Source of the DNA: Blastocladiella emersonii ATCC 22665
Lineage: Eukaryota > Fungi > Blastocladiomycota
Reading direction: 5' to 3'
NCBI GenBank assembly: GCA_025594325.1
Contig: JANHCV010000006.1
Span: 62,001 to 126,000, forward strand
Length of the DNA: 64,000 nt
Shown: positions 24,402 through 35,772 of the stretch, piece by piece
Layout of the letters: the number at the start of each line of letters is the position of its first letter
How positions within the stretch are numbered: the stretch's first letter is position 1
Notes under the pieces: model-generated
Seen by the model: only the letters and a program-made list of their open reading frames with translations
Told to the model about the DNA's origin: nothing
The model's database searches: none
Position numbers and translations under genes: made by a program

Positions 24402-26748
24402 CTACTCTGCGATAACGGGCCGGTAACGCGCTGGCACAAGCGCCGTCTTCCACCAGGGACTCGCCGCCGTGAGCCGGAGCAGCTCGTCGCACACCCACTG
24501 CGAGTCGACCATGACCAGAAGCTTGCACAAGAGCGTCCGCGTCTTCATCGTCTGCGCGTATTCGTCGGGCTGCGCGGCCTCGGCCGCGAGTCGCGCGTGC
24601 AACGCGCCGTCCGTCGCAAAGCAGCTCCGCCACGGGGCGCCCAGTGTGCCGTACCTGGCCCGGCCGAGCGCCGCCGGGTAACTGGTGAGGATGGCGTGGA
24701 GCGCGAACTGCCACGCGGTCCACCCGACGGGTGCGTCCGGGTGCAGCGTCACATCGAGGTCGGCGACCGAGTAGGCGTGCGCGCACCACTCGTGCTTGAG
24801 GAGCAAGAGCTCGACGTAGAAGCTGGCAGCCTTTGCTTCAACATCATCTCCGTGCTCGTCCTCGACACCGCGACCGTCGCCGCCGATCAGGGACAGCGCG
24901 CGCGCGTGATGCTCCGGGTGGTTGAGCACGTACACGGTGAGTTCCGCAAGATGCAGCGCCGCCTCGGATTGCGGGATACTCGGGCAGGACGTGGCGACCG
25001 AGAAGAGGCCAAAGAAGATGGCCGCGGGGTCGTGCGAGTGCGGCGGGCTGAGCAGCGTCTGCGTCATGGTTGGAAAGGCTGCGAGGATTCGGCCGGCATT
25101 GCGCGCGTCGTTTCGAAAGTAGCCGTCGTAGCTACCATTGACCGCGAGGGCAAGCGAGAGCCCGAGGCAAATCGGCTCGAGCTCGTCAAACTTGCGGACG
25201 GCCTGCAGGGCTATTCGGCGGGTCGGGCCGGGTGGTGCGTGCGTGCGTGAGTGAGTAAATGAGTCACGATCGAGAGTGAGAGTGAGAGTGAGAGTGAGAG
25301 AGTGAGGGCAAGGCCTTCGTCGTCGTCGTCCATACTCGGTCTCGGCCCAAGACGACCTGGCCGGCAGGAGCGGAGAGTAGAAGGCGAGAGCGTAGCGTAC
25401 CCTGCGTGACGTCGAGCTGGTATCGGTCCGGATCAAGGACCTCCTCGGCAAAGCCAAGCATAGTGCGGTCGCAACGGCGCAGCGCGTCCTTCAGCTGCTG
25501 CCTCAGTACGGGGTACGACCGGAGGCCGGCATCCTCGAGCCGCTGCAGCTCGTCCACGCCGACATAAGTGCTATTGAGGCGGTCTGCAAGACGCCGCTCA
25601 AACTTTGTCCGCGCCGCGTCGCTCAGTGCCGGACTCGCGCGGTCAAACATGCGGAAGGCCTCGGCCATGAGCGCCAGATCCTTGCGGGCAAAGAACAGCT
25701 CGGCGCAAGTGGGGAACGTGGCGCGGCAGATGGTCCACCCGCGCGACTCGAGCCAGCGCAGCTGGGCAAGGATCGCCTCGGTCCGCACGTGTTTTTCGGC
25801 CGAGTATAGTTCGAGAAGCTTGGCCGCGGGCTCGCTCGAGATGTGGTCGAGGATGGAGCGAAAATCGAGTCCAAACGGCTGCTTCGCGAAGCGCTCGACG
25901 GCCGCAAAATCCCACTGGAGCACAGCGCGCGCGGCAAAGTACGGCACTAGACCGAGCGTAGGGAAGGCGGGGCCCGAGTTGGTCTGCTGCTGCGAGTTTG
26001 ACCAAGCGAGGAGATGGCCGGTCAGCTTGAAGTTCCATTCGGGCGAAAAGTGGAAAAGATCGATCATACGGCACGTCCAAGGATGGAACGAGCCGAGTCG
26101 CACGGCGAGGCTCGAAATGAGATGCTCGAGGAGGTCGAGATCGCCAATGAGCCCGAGGAACATGGCCGCTTGCAGGAGCATGACGAGCGGATGCCACGCC
26201 GCGGCACCCTCGGGGGCTGCGCCGGCGGCTTCTTTCAGCGAGGCGACGTGGTCAATCCACGCCGCTACCGCGCCGTCGCTGCCATCCAAGCCGCGCTGCT
26301 GGGCGTCCTTGAGCGCGTCGAGCACGAGGCGTTCGAGTAAGCCTCGTGTGAACGGGTGCGGCGGGACGGTGAGCTGAGCGGCAGTGACATTGGTAGTGTC
26401 GGTCCCGTCGTCCTCTTGTGCAGCAGCAGCAGCAGCCAAAGCAGCGGCCGCGCGGTTGTCCTGTAAGCGCCGGCTCAGGTACATGCCCATGTCGGTCCGG
26501 ATGGGCACGCTGCGGTTTGACCACTTGGGCCGAGCACCGCGCGAAGCGTTTTCGCGGACAGCCACGCGGCGGAGCCAAGCCAGGTGGATGGTGCCGGGCG
26601 CAAAGACCGTGCGGATCGCGCGCGAAGCGGCCACGGGCGCCGTCCGCGGCGTGGCGATGGCGATGACGCGCTCGAGGACGTCGGGCGGGAGGACGAGACC
26701 CGTCTGGTGCGAGGAATGCATTGCGTCAAGTGCCGCGGTCTGATTCAT
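24402..26748 (-). CDS. Lineage-specific protein with F-box-like N-terminus (two exons)
   Basis: LPPDVLERVIAIA...AASR and HPFTRGLLERL. Intron 25203-25335 (GTATGG...CTGCAG) joins ORF 25264..26895 to 24402..25457 in frame. Confidence 0.6.
25267..25305. repeat. (GAGAGT)n microsatellite within a predicted intron
   Basis: GAGAGT units visible directly. Confidence 0.85.
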
Positions 26749-27260
26749 GCGAGTACGTGTGCAGGGGGCCTTTCGAGACGAGGCAAAGTGCATCGCGCGC
26801 GCGAAAGCGTCAATCGGCGCGCGGGCGGACGCGTCACGTTTCACCCGCGTCGCTCTTTCGGGATGGGTATCGGGATATCCCAATCTCACGCCCACACGCC
26901 GGTGGTGAGCTCACTGGGTTTATAAAATATACGCCAGAGCTCAGTTGCGCAAGTCCTCCTGGTTACCTGCACCATCCATGTCTGAGTGAGTCGGAGCGAG
27001 CGCGTGGCGCATCGCGTCGCTGCGAGACAAACGTGATATCGCGACGCGTCTCTTGCGCAGGCTTGCTTCTCGCTAGTTGGCACGCACGCACGCACGCATG
27101 CTCGGCCTTACAGTTCCGCGCGGGCTCAGTCATCCCGCGGGTTTCGTGACCAGTGACTGATCAGCGGCGACCATCAACGGTGCACGCGAACGTGTCGATG
27201 GGGCCGTCCTGTTCGGGGGAGCAACTCTGTATTCCGTTGATGATTCCGGACACTCCGTTC

Positions 27261-28638
27261 TCATGACGAGGTCCTGGCCCGCTTCGCCGGCCGCGCGCTT
27301 TCCGGACCCGACTCGCTTGCGGGTACAGCTGCGGCGGGGTTGGCGGGAGCCGCTGTCGAGGTCGGCTCTGTGGTGGACGACGACGATGACGAGGGCGCCT
27401 TGCGCTTGATCAGCGAGCTGCCCAGCTGGTTGACGACAGGCCCTGCTTACACAAAAGGGCCAGTGAGTCGAGCTTCGTGTGCAGAACGCGGCGAGCATGA
27501 TCGTACCACTTGCTGTAGTCGGCTTCTTCTTGATCAGGCTGTTGAGGTTCATGGGCGCGGCGGCAGCAGTCGACGAGCTGGATCTCGCGGCAGCGGCCGA
27601 TGGCGTCGTCGACAGCGGAACGGCGACGATCGGCGCCCCTTCGATGCGGACGCCCGCCACCGCCGCGCCGCGGATCGCGTCGAGCACGGGCGCCATGACC
27701 TTGACCGTCTCCTCGACGTCAGCGGCGCGGAAATCGGCCTGCGCGAGCGCGTTGAGGATCTTAACAAAGACCTCGTCCGCTACCGTCTTCTCCACCACTG
27801 CATTCGTCTCCTCGACACCCTCGCGCGCCGAGCCTGCCGGGACAGTCACGGTGAGGCACCCCGGCTGCTCGCCCTTCATCTCCGCGATCCCGTCCCACAG
27901 CACCAGCAACTCGCGGACTGTCGCGACGTCCTGCGAGGCATCGGCCTCGTGAACGAGCCGGCCGAGCTCGTGGTCGGGGAGCAGCGGGACGACGTCGCGC
28001 GGGCGCGCGGCGAGTGGGTACGGCACACCGGCAGTCCATCCGGGCAGGGCGCGCGCGCCGCCGCCGGGGAAGTATGCAAACCGCTTCGCCCCCTCGCCCG
28101 CTTCTGCGAGCCGCAGCGCCTCGTCAATCACGCCCATCCACCACGCCGCGAGCTTCGGGTCCGACAGAACTCGCTTGGCGGGGTTCCGGTGCGAGTGCGG
28201 GAACAGGTACACGTCGGCCGCCTTGGCGTACACGTGCAAAGTTAGCTGGCTCCCGCGGGTGGAGGCGGCGCGGAAGTGCATGGCGAGGTACTGCGTGGCG
28301 AGGGCGCGCGCGAGCCCGCGAGCCGTCGCGTGGCCCGTCGAGTCGAGGCGGTCGAGGTACACGGTGGTCGCGCTGTCGGCGGCGGCAGCGGCGCACGTGT
28401 ACTCGTACGCGGTGAAGGCGACGAGCGGGACGTCGTCCGGCGACATGGCGACAACGAGGCGGCGGCGCTGGTACGTCTGCTGCGGGTCTGCGGGGCCGGC
28501 GTCCGCTGCGCGCGGGACGAGCGGTGCGATTGGCGCGACGTCGGTCACCACGTCATAGATGTCGACGGTCGCGGGCAGCGCGCCCTTGAGGTGCGGCGCG
28601 AGGGCAAGTGCATGGGGTTCGTTCTTCATTGGCTTCAT
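27261..28638 (-). CDS. RTT109: Histone H3K56 acetyltransferase Rtt109
   Basis: Motifs TVYLDRLDSTG, LHVYAKAADVYLFPHSHRNPAKRVLSDPKLAAWW, WTAGVPY and VPLLPDHELGR. ACCACCATG start at 28638; intron 27443-27506 gives a basic C-terminal exon. Confidence 0.88.
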
Positions 28639-28783
28639 GGTGGTCGTGGTCGCGGAGAGCGAGGACTGCTGCCGACCATCTCCGCCGAGTTGGACCACAT
28701 CGCAAGCGTGCTCCCATTGCGCCGGCGTCTGCATCCTCGAAACCTGCCAATATCACACGACTGACAGTCCAAGACTCGCTGCA

Positions 28784-29014
28784 ATGTGGCCCTCGTCGTC
28801 CTCCACGCCGTCCCCCGCGACCCCATCGCCCTCGTCCGCGACCACCGCCGTGTGCGACCACGAGCCGCTTCAGCGTTGCCTGGCGGCCAACCACGGCGAC
28901 CGGACCAAGTGCCAGAAGGAGTGGGACGAGTTCCGCGAAGCGTGCAAGGCCAAGATGCTCTCCTCATCCTCCTCGCCATCGCGCAAGTGGCCGTTCAGTC
29001 AATACACAACCTAG
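28784..29014 (+). CDS. Small cysteine alpha-hairpin (CHCH-like) protein
   Basis: CDHEPLQRCLAANHGDRTKCQKEWDEFREAC. Cys spacing resembles, but is not exactly, twin CX9C. Head-to-head with RTT109. Confidence 0.6.
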   Translation: MWPSSSSTPSPATPSPSSATTAVCDHEPLQRCLAANHGDRTKCQKEWDEFREACKAKMLSSSSSPSRKWPFSQYTT

Positions 29015-29038
29015 TCCATTCTCTACACCCTCGCTACC

Positions 29039-29830
29039 CTACGCCTTGGGCGCGGACGCCCAGACACCAACGACGTTCCGCTCGACGATCTCGACGCGGT
29101 TCGGCGACGTGAACTTGCGCAGCGCGTTGATCTTGGCCTCGGGGACGCCCGTGGCGGCGGCGAGGTCGGCAGCCGAGTGCGACAGGTCCCACACGGCCGT
29201 CAGCTGGTCGAGCGTCAGCAGGCCCGCGGCGGGCGCCGACAGCTGCGCGGCGTTGGCGGCCTGCAGCGCCTCGTTGAGCCGGCGCCGCTGCAGGATCGGC
29301 GTCGCGGACGAGGCCGGGCGGGTCGCGGGGTCCGACGGGCCGGGCGTCGGGGTTGACTATTCAAAGATGTGCGGACGGGATGAGCAGGAGCACTCAGCGA
29401 GAGTTGAGGGGGACAGGACGTACCACGTCCTCGGGCGTCGACGGCAGCCGCGTCGGGCGCCGGTCAATGTGCGGCCCGCGCGTCGCAAAGTCCTTGGCGA
29501 GCATCTGCATCTTGAGGTCCTCTACACCCGCCGCCGTATTAGTCCACGATCCCCTCACGGTACCGATCCCGCCGCTCACGCACCCTGCGCCTGGAACTCG
29601 ATCGTCTCGGGCTTGGGCTTCGACGACATGTCCATTTCCCAGCCGTACTTGGGCCGGCGCTCGCCGCGCGGCGCGTCGGGGTTCCACCCGGGCGGGAGCT
29701 TGGCGTTGGCGGGGAACGGCGACGCCGTGTGCGCGGGCATCGGCGGCGGCGGCGGGGCGCCCGCGGCCGTTGCCGCTGCCTTGGCCGCCGTCGACGCGGG
29801 GCGCGCTGCCTTGGAGACCTGGCCGCCCAT
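29039..29830 (-). CDS. Hypothetical spliced protein with an N-terminal MG (possible myristoylation site)
   Basis: MGGQVSKAAR start; segments 29576..29830, about 29400-29525 and 29039-29350 look coding and are separated by intron-like gaps. Confidence 0.5.
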
Positions 29831-29980
29831 AGTTACAAGAGTGTGTTGCAGCGAGTAGAAGAAGCGCTCGCGGGGAGCTGCGTTACATGGGATGCCGTGC
29901 GGGAGCCGCGATCAACACGCGCAGCGCGTCGCGATCTTTGCCAGGTCCGATCCAAAGTACCAGTACAGTGTATTCACCAG

Positions 29981-32066
29981 TCACGTCGCTGCGAGCCGCA
30001 CCTCCTCGCGCGCCTGCCTCAGCATGTCGGCGAGCCGCCCGAGCCGGTCCTCGATATCGCGCGAGTCGCTCCGCCTTGGGCCCGCCGCCGTCGATGAACG
30101 CGCCGGGGATGGCGAGTACGCCTTGCCCCTTGCCGGCGGTCTTACAAGGCCGTACCCGCTGCTGGACCGCGCGGGCGAGGGCGAGTAGTCCTTGGTCCGC
30201 GTTCTTGGCGGCGGCGATGGGGCGACGCCGTACCCGTACCCGCTGGACCGGACGGGCGAGCCGCGGAACGCATGGTCGAGCGGGCGTCGCGGGCTCGCAC
30301 CGCCACGGGGCGAGGATGGGCCGGGCGAGTACTGGCGCGGGTCCGACAGCGGGCGAGAGCGGGCCGGGGACGCGTCGAACTGGCGGTGCGGCGACCACGC
30401 GGTCCTTGACGAGGATGATGGTGGCGGGTATCGCTGCGGGCTCGCGCGCGGCGACACGTCAGCCGAGGATCTACGAGGACGGGCATCAGTCTCGCTCGAC
30501 GTTGAGCCCATTCGACGACGCGCGTACCGTCTCAGCGGCGACCCGCCCGCATTCCCGCGCCTTGCCGCCGTGGGCTCCGGGACCCCGCCGCCGATGCGCT
30601 CGGCGCGCTGCCTGGCCCACTCGGTCGGGTCGAACCGCTTGAACGGGGCGCGCGCCGGCGGCTGTTGCTGCTGTTGTTGACTCCTGGTACCCGCGTTGGC
30701 GCCGTACCCGGAACTGCGCAGGGGCGCGGACCGTAGCGGGACGTAGCCGGCCGCCGCCAACTTGGGCTTCGCCGTGGCCGTTGTATTCGGTAGCACGCGG
30801 TCGCGGGACCGGCTGTGGTGCCACGGCGGCCTCGTTGCCGCCGCGTTCGCGGTCCGCGGAGCTGGCGCCGGTTTTGCGCGCGGGGACGGCTGCTGCTGGT
30901 GCGGGTAGCGCGCGGGCGACGAGGCGGGCGTGTACCGCGACTGCCGCGCGCTGGTACTCCCGGTACTACTTCGGGCCGCAGACCCGGCGCGCGAGGACGC
31001 GGTGGCGGCGCTGACGGTGGCGGCGGCGAGCTCCTCGTACATGGCCTGCCACCTTAGCGCGTTGGCGCGGGCGTCGTCGAGGTCGTGCGACAGGGCGGCG
31101 ATCTGGGACTGGAAGTCGGCGAGCGTCGCCTCGATGTGGTCGAGGTCCAGCGGGGCGGGCGCGGTGGGAGCGGTCGCGAGCTGGTGACGCAGATCGGCGT
31201 TTTCCTCGCGTAGCGAGTGCACGATCGAGAGGAGTGTTGTGGGCTCGGCGTGTTGCGGCGAGTAGGCGAGCGGGAGCGGGTAGTGGACGCTAGGGCGGTC
31301 GCGTATTAGTGCGCGGTTGCTCGAGAGGGACGGAGAGAGCGCGTACCGGTCAAAGGCGACCATGTAAGTCAGGATGAGGTACCGCTTGCTGGCCGCTGGC
31401 GTCGGGAGCGGGAGTTGCGGGACCGCGGCGGTAGCGCCGTCGTGGTACCGCTGCAGGCTGGCGAGGTCGTCGGCGGTCAGGATGTCGAGGTGCACGCTCG
31501 GGTCCGACTACGCGGCGCGCAGGTTAGCCGGATGTGGAACGCGCTCGCACCGAGGCGGCGTACCCGGTTCATGCCCGAGACGAGCATGTCGACAAACACG
31601 TTGAACCGCTTGTAGTTGCCCGTCTTGCTCGTCATCTTCTCGATATCTAACGCGTCGCAAGCGTCAGCCGCCGGCCCCCGCGCTGACATCCCGAAAACGC
31701 ACACTCGGGCGAGAACTCGGCCCACCACGACTCGCACACGGTGCCGTCATGCGGCCCGCCACCGGCAGCGAGCAGCGGGTGGTCCTGGACGCGCGTGAGC
31801 CAGACGCGCAGGCGCGGCGGGTGGCCGGCGCGCGCCGACCCAGCGTAGTGCTGCACCGCAACCTCGTAGTCGCCATCGCGGAGCGCCAGAGTCGCCGTGT
31901 GCGTGCGCTCGGACGTCGGTGCGCGTTTGCGGCGGCTGCTCCTCTGCTGTTGCGGGTTGGGCGGGCGGCGCAAGGGCGGCGGCGGCGCGTCCGCGGTCAG
32001 GTCGGCGGTGGCAGCCGAGGGCTCGCTGCTGGCGAGGGTGTACGATTCGTCGTTTGCGGAGAGCAT
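29981..32066 (-). CDS. CCDC61: Centriolar coiled-coil protein CCDC61/VFL3 (multi-exon)
   Basis: Spliced reading WWAEFSPEYIEKMTSKTGNYKRFNVFVDML...LDILTADDL...SKRYLILTYMVAFDR|VHYPLPL, then a coiled coil and FKRFDPTEW. Matches the CCDC61 head-domain pattern. Confidence 0.88.
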
Positions 32067-32317
32067 TTCATGGGATTGGCATGCGTGGTCGTTGCTTCAG
32101 GGGAGGAGAGAGGGGAGGAGAAGCGCGACCCCGCTCAGCAAGGCGCGTCGCGGTCAGGCCACGCGCACGTGGGCGGCGGTCGAGCCTCGGCGCAGAGTCG
32201 CGCGGCGCGTCGCTCTGCCCGTGGGCGCCGCCCCGTTCTCTCTCCCTTCCCCCCTCGCCCATCCCGGCCCACGCTGCCGCTGCCCCCGGCAATGCATCGA
32301 GACTGTTGAGTTGAGCC

Positions 32318-33427
32318 ATGGAGAGCGCAAAGAAGGGAAAGCACGGCGCTCGCTCCAACGCGGCCGCCCGCAACGCCAACGCCAACAGCAGCAGCTCCGC
32401 CACCACACCCGCCTCGGCCACCAGTGCCGGCAAGGGATCGGCCAAGGACGGCAGCAGCGGCGGCAAGCCGCGTGGCGGCAGCGCCAAGGACAAGGACCGC
32501 GACGCGGACTCGTCCTCTGCCTCCACGCGCTCCCAGGCGGCCGCCCCTGCCGCTGAGCCGGCGTCCGCTACTTCTACAACCGCGCCCGATGCGCCGGCAC
32601 CCGAGGAGGACGCCGACTGGCTCGTCGGCAAGTGGGTCCGGTTGACGGTGCACTACGCGACACCGTCGTCGACGGACGCGGCGAGCGACCCCGCCGCTGC
32701 CGCTGCCTCGGAACCCACATCCGCGTCCACCTCCCCGACAACCGACCGGCCAAATTCGCCCGAGAACGTGGTCGAGGGCCAGGTGTACGCGTACGACGCG
32801 CGCAACGGGCTCATTGTGCTCCAGGTGCGTCGTTTCGTGGGAGAGATGCGATGGGACAGGCGAGCTCACCCACGCGTCGCGGTAGTGTCCGTCCAAGGAG
32901 ACGGCCAACACCGCCAACAAGCGGTACGACCTGCGCGCCATCAACACGCGCGCGGTCGCGTCGACGGCCGTGATCGCGGGTCCCGCCGGTTCCGCATCTG
33001 CGGCGGCGGGGCGCGCACGCACACAGCCCTCGGCCGCCGCACCCGAGTCGTGGCCGCAGGGCCTGTTCCCCGTGGGCGCCATCAACTGGGAGTCGTCGGC
33101 GCACCGCGAGGCGGCCAACATCCGCGTCATGGAGGCCAAGCTGGCCAAGATCAACGTGGGCGTGGGCCGCGACGCCCAGGTCCTGTTCGACGCCCTGTCC
33201 AAGACCATGGAGTGCCGGTGGGCCGACGCCACCATCGTGGTCATGGAGTCGGTCCTCGTCGTCCCGCCCTACCTCCCCGAGAACTGCAAGAGCAACAACG
33301 AGCGCGCCCTCATGCGCGTACGCAAAGTGGTGCGGTCTTCCGCAGCGATGGCTTTTACGGAGGCCGTGCTGACCTCGCCATCGTCAACGTGTAGCTCGAG
33401 GGCGAACGCCGCAAGCTGCGCCTGTGA
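32318..33427 (+). CDS. LSM12: LSM12-like protein (Lsm domain plus anticodon-binding AD domain)
   Basis: WLVGKWVRLT...VEGQVYAYD; AD domain GVGRDAQVLFDALSKTMECRWADATIVVMESVLVVPPY...ALMRVRKV|LEGERRKL; two short introns. Confidence 0.85.
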
Positions 33428-33705
33428 TACCGCTACACCACCCATCTCTCCTCGCGATTTTCATCACCCTCGTCCGCTTCCTGTCCATTTTTCTCTTGAA
33501 TCCGATCATTTCACCCTGCAATGAGCATCAAGCGATGGGCGTGATGGGAGTGACGGGCGGGCCAGCCGACCACTTTCAAACAGGGTCGCCGGCTCGGTCC
33601 AACGTTTGTCGAGCCGATCACCCTCTCCGCATGCTACGGCACCCATTGACGCATCAGAGAGCTCTCGCATAGCTCCGGCGCTCCATGCAACTCGGCCGGA
33701 ACCCC

Positions 33706-34971
33706 ATGATGATGCTCCTCTCGCGCACCCTGCTCCGCGCGTCGTCCGCCGCTACCACGGCCGCGGTCCGCACGCTGGCCACGGCTGCCACCTCGACGGC
33801 TGCCCCCGCCGCCGCTGCCCCGGCTGCTGCTGCCACCGAGACCGCCGCTCCTGCGCCCGAGACGCCCAACACCGATGCCGCCGCTGCCGCCGTGGCACAG
33901 GCCGCCAAGTCGATCCCGGCCACCCCCGCCAAGCCCGCGACGTTCGAGTCGGCGGTCAAGGACCTGCACGCTGCGCTGCGCTCGTTCCCGGCCGAGTACC
34001 CGGACCGCTCGCTCCTCCCGCGCCTCGTGCTCGCGGGCCGCCACGCGTCGCTCCCCGCGGACCGCCTGATCGAGGTGGAGCACGCGCTGCGCGAGTGGCG
34101 CTCGCGCGGCCTGCCCGTGTCGCAGGAGGTGACCAAGCAGGCGGTCCGCCTCGCGGCCGCGGCGTCCCCGTTCCGCGCGGTCGGGTGGCTCGGTGACCCG
34201 GTGACGCTGGGCCTGAGTCCGTCGCGCGCGGACCTCGAGCACGTGCTCGAGTCGCTCCTCTCCGCCTCCCGCGCGGGGACCAAGCACGGGCGCGTGCGCG
34301 GCGAGCCGAAGCGCGCGTACCAGGCGGGGCTCGGCGTGCTCGGCATGTTCGACGCGTACGCGCTCGGCGGGCCGTCGAAGCTCGCGTATGCGGCGGCCGT
34401 CGAGCTGTGCCGCGCCGACGGCACGCCCGCGGGCGACGCGGCGGCGCTCGCGCTGCTGGGTCTCTCGGGCGACGGCGTGGCCACGGGGTACGGGCGCAAG
34501 ACGAGCGTCGCGACGGAGCTCCAGCGCATGCGGTACCACCAGGGCGCGTTCCGGTGCGCGACGCCCGCGGACCAGGTCGGCGCGGCGCGCGCGCTCGCGT
34601 GCTTTGAGCGCGCGGTGAAGCTCGAGTCCCCCGCGACGGGTGCGGCGCCCTCGCCGCGCAAGGCGTTCGCGCCCGCGCTGATCCGCGAGTCGATTGCCGC
34701 CATCAACGCGCTGCGGCTCGCCCTCATGTCGTCTAAGGACGCCGCGGTCCGCGACCGGTCCAAGAAGGCGTTCGAGACGAGCTGGAAGAACCGCGGGATC
34801 GCGTACCACGCCGAGATGCTCACCAAGTACGTGGCGTCCAAGGCCGGCGTGTCCACGTCCGCGGCGCCCGCGCTCGCCCAGGCCAAGGCGGGCGCTGAGG
34901 CGGCGGCCGCGAAGGCGAAGAAGGCGGCGTCGGCTGCGGCGAAGAAGGCCGCGGTGCCCAAGAAGAAGTAA
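33706..34971 (+). CDS. Probable mitochondrial protein of unknown function
   Basis: Arg/Ser/Thr-rich presequence-like start MMMLLSRTLLRASSAA, strong GC3 codon bias, Ala/Lys-rich tail. Confidence 0.65.
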   Translation: MMMLLSRTLLRASSAATTAAVRTLATAATSTAAPAAAAPAAAATETAAPAPETPNTDAAAAAVAQAAKSIPATPAKPATFESAVKDLHAALRSFPAEYPDRSLLPRLVLAGRHASLPADRLIEVEHALREWRSRGLPVSQEVTKQAVRLAAAASPFRAVGWLGDPVTLGLSPSRADLEHVLESLLSASRAGTKHGRVRGEPKRAYQAGLGVLGMFDAYALGGPSKLAYAAAVELCRADGTPAGDAAALALLGLSGDGVATGYGRKTSVATELQRMRYHQGAFRCATPADQVGAARALACFERAVKLESPATGAAPSPRKAFAPALIRESIAAINALRLALMSSKDAAVRDRSKKAFETSWKNRGIAYHAEMLTKYVASKAGVSTSAAPALAQAKAGAEAAAAKAKKAASAAAKKAAVPKKK

Positions 34972-35772
34972 GCTGGTTGTTCGCCGCGCTTTTTGTTGTT
35001 TTCTCCCCTCGTTTGCACTAGTACACACATTTCCCCACCTGCACGCCGACGAAGCGAGAGGGAGCAGGCGGCGGGGAGACAAAACCCCGGTTTCCACTCC
35101 GCACGTGACTCGCACGCGGCGGTTTTGTGGCGCCGAGCGGCGGCATGAGCGACGCGAAAACCAGGCCGGCGTGACGCGCGATGGCCGCGGCAGCCGCCAG
35201 TGGAAAACGTCTCCCGGTTTCCGCCTCGCGCGCCTCGCGCGGCGCGCGCGTGCGCCACCATGGCGAGAGGTGGGAGGCGGCGCTGACGCCGCGCGTCCCA
35301 GCGGCGAGCGGGCGCGCATAAATATTTCGCACGCTCAGCTGTCGATGGTTCGCCGCGCCATGAAGTGAGAGAGGGAGAGGTGGGGGGTGGATCGAGTCGA
35401 TTCTTGGCCTTGGCGGGCACCTTGGCGCTGAGATCGCTTGGCGGCGAAGCCACCACCACGACGGCGTGGTGAGCGCGCCTTGGCGGCGAGGGTGAAGTGA
35501 AGTGAGGTGTGTGTGGCGGCGAGCAGCAACGAGTGCGAGACACAGGGCCGAACGCAAGGGGGCGAAAAAGAAGCGGGCGAAAAACCGTGGCCGCGTGTCG
35601 CCCGCGCCGCCACGCCCGCCCGCTGCCCGCCCCGCCAGCCGCCCGCCCGCCAGCGCGGCCCTCATAACAGGCGCGCGCCCCCCGCCCCCGGTCCTCGCTC
35701 TCTCGCCCAGACCGCTGTCCCTTGTGGTTGATCGCACACTCCCCCCCACCCCACCACCCAACAACATCCACC

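Noticed and set aside
27130-27260. ORF-track C-terminus of Rtt109 running to 27130
   Set aside because: It reads through a canonical intron (27443-27506); the spliced form stops at 27261.
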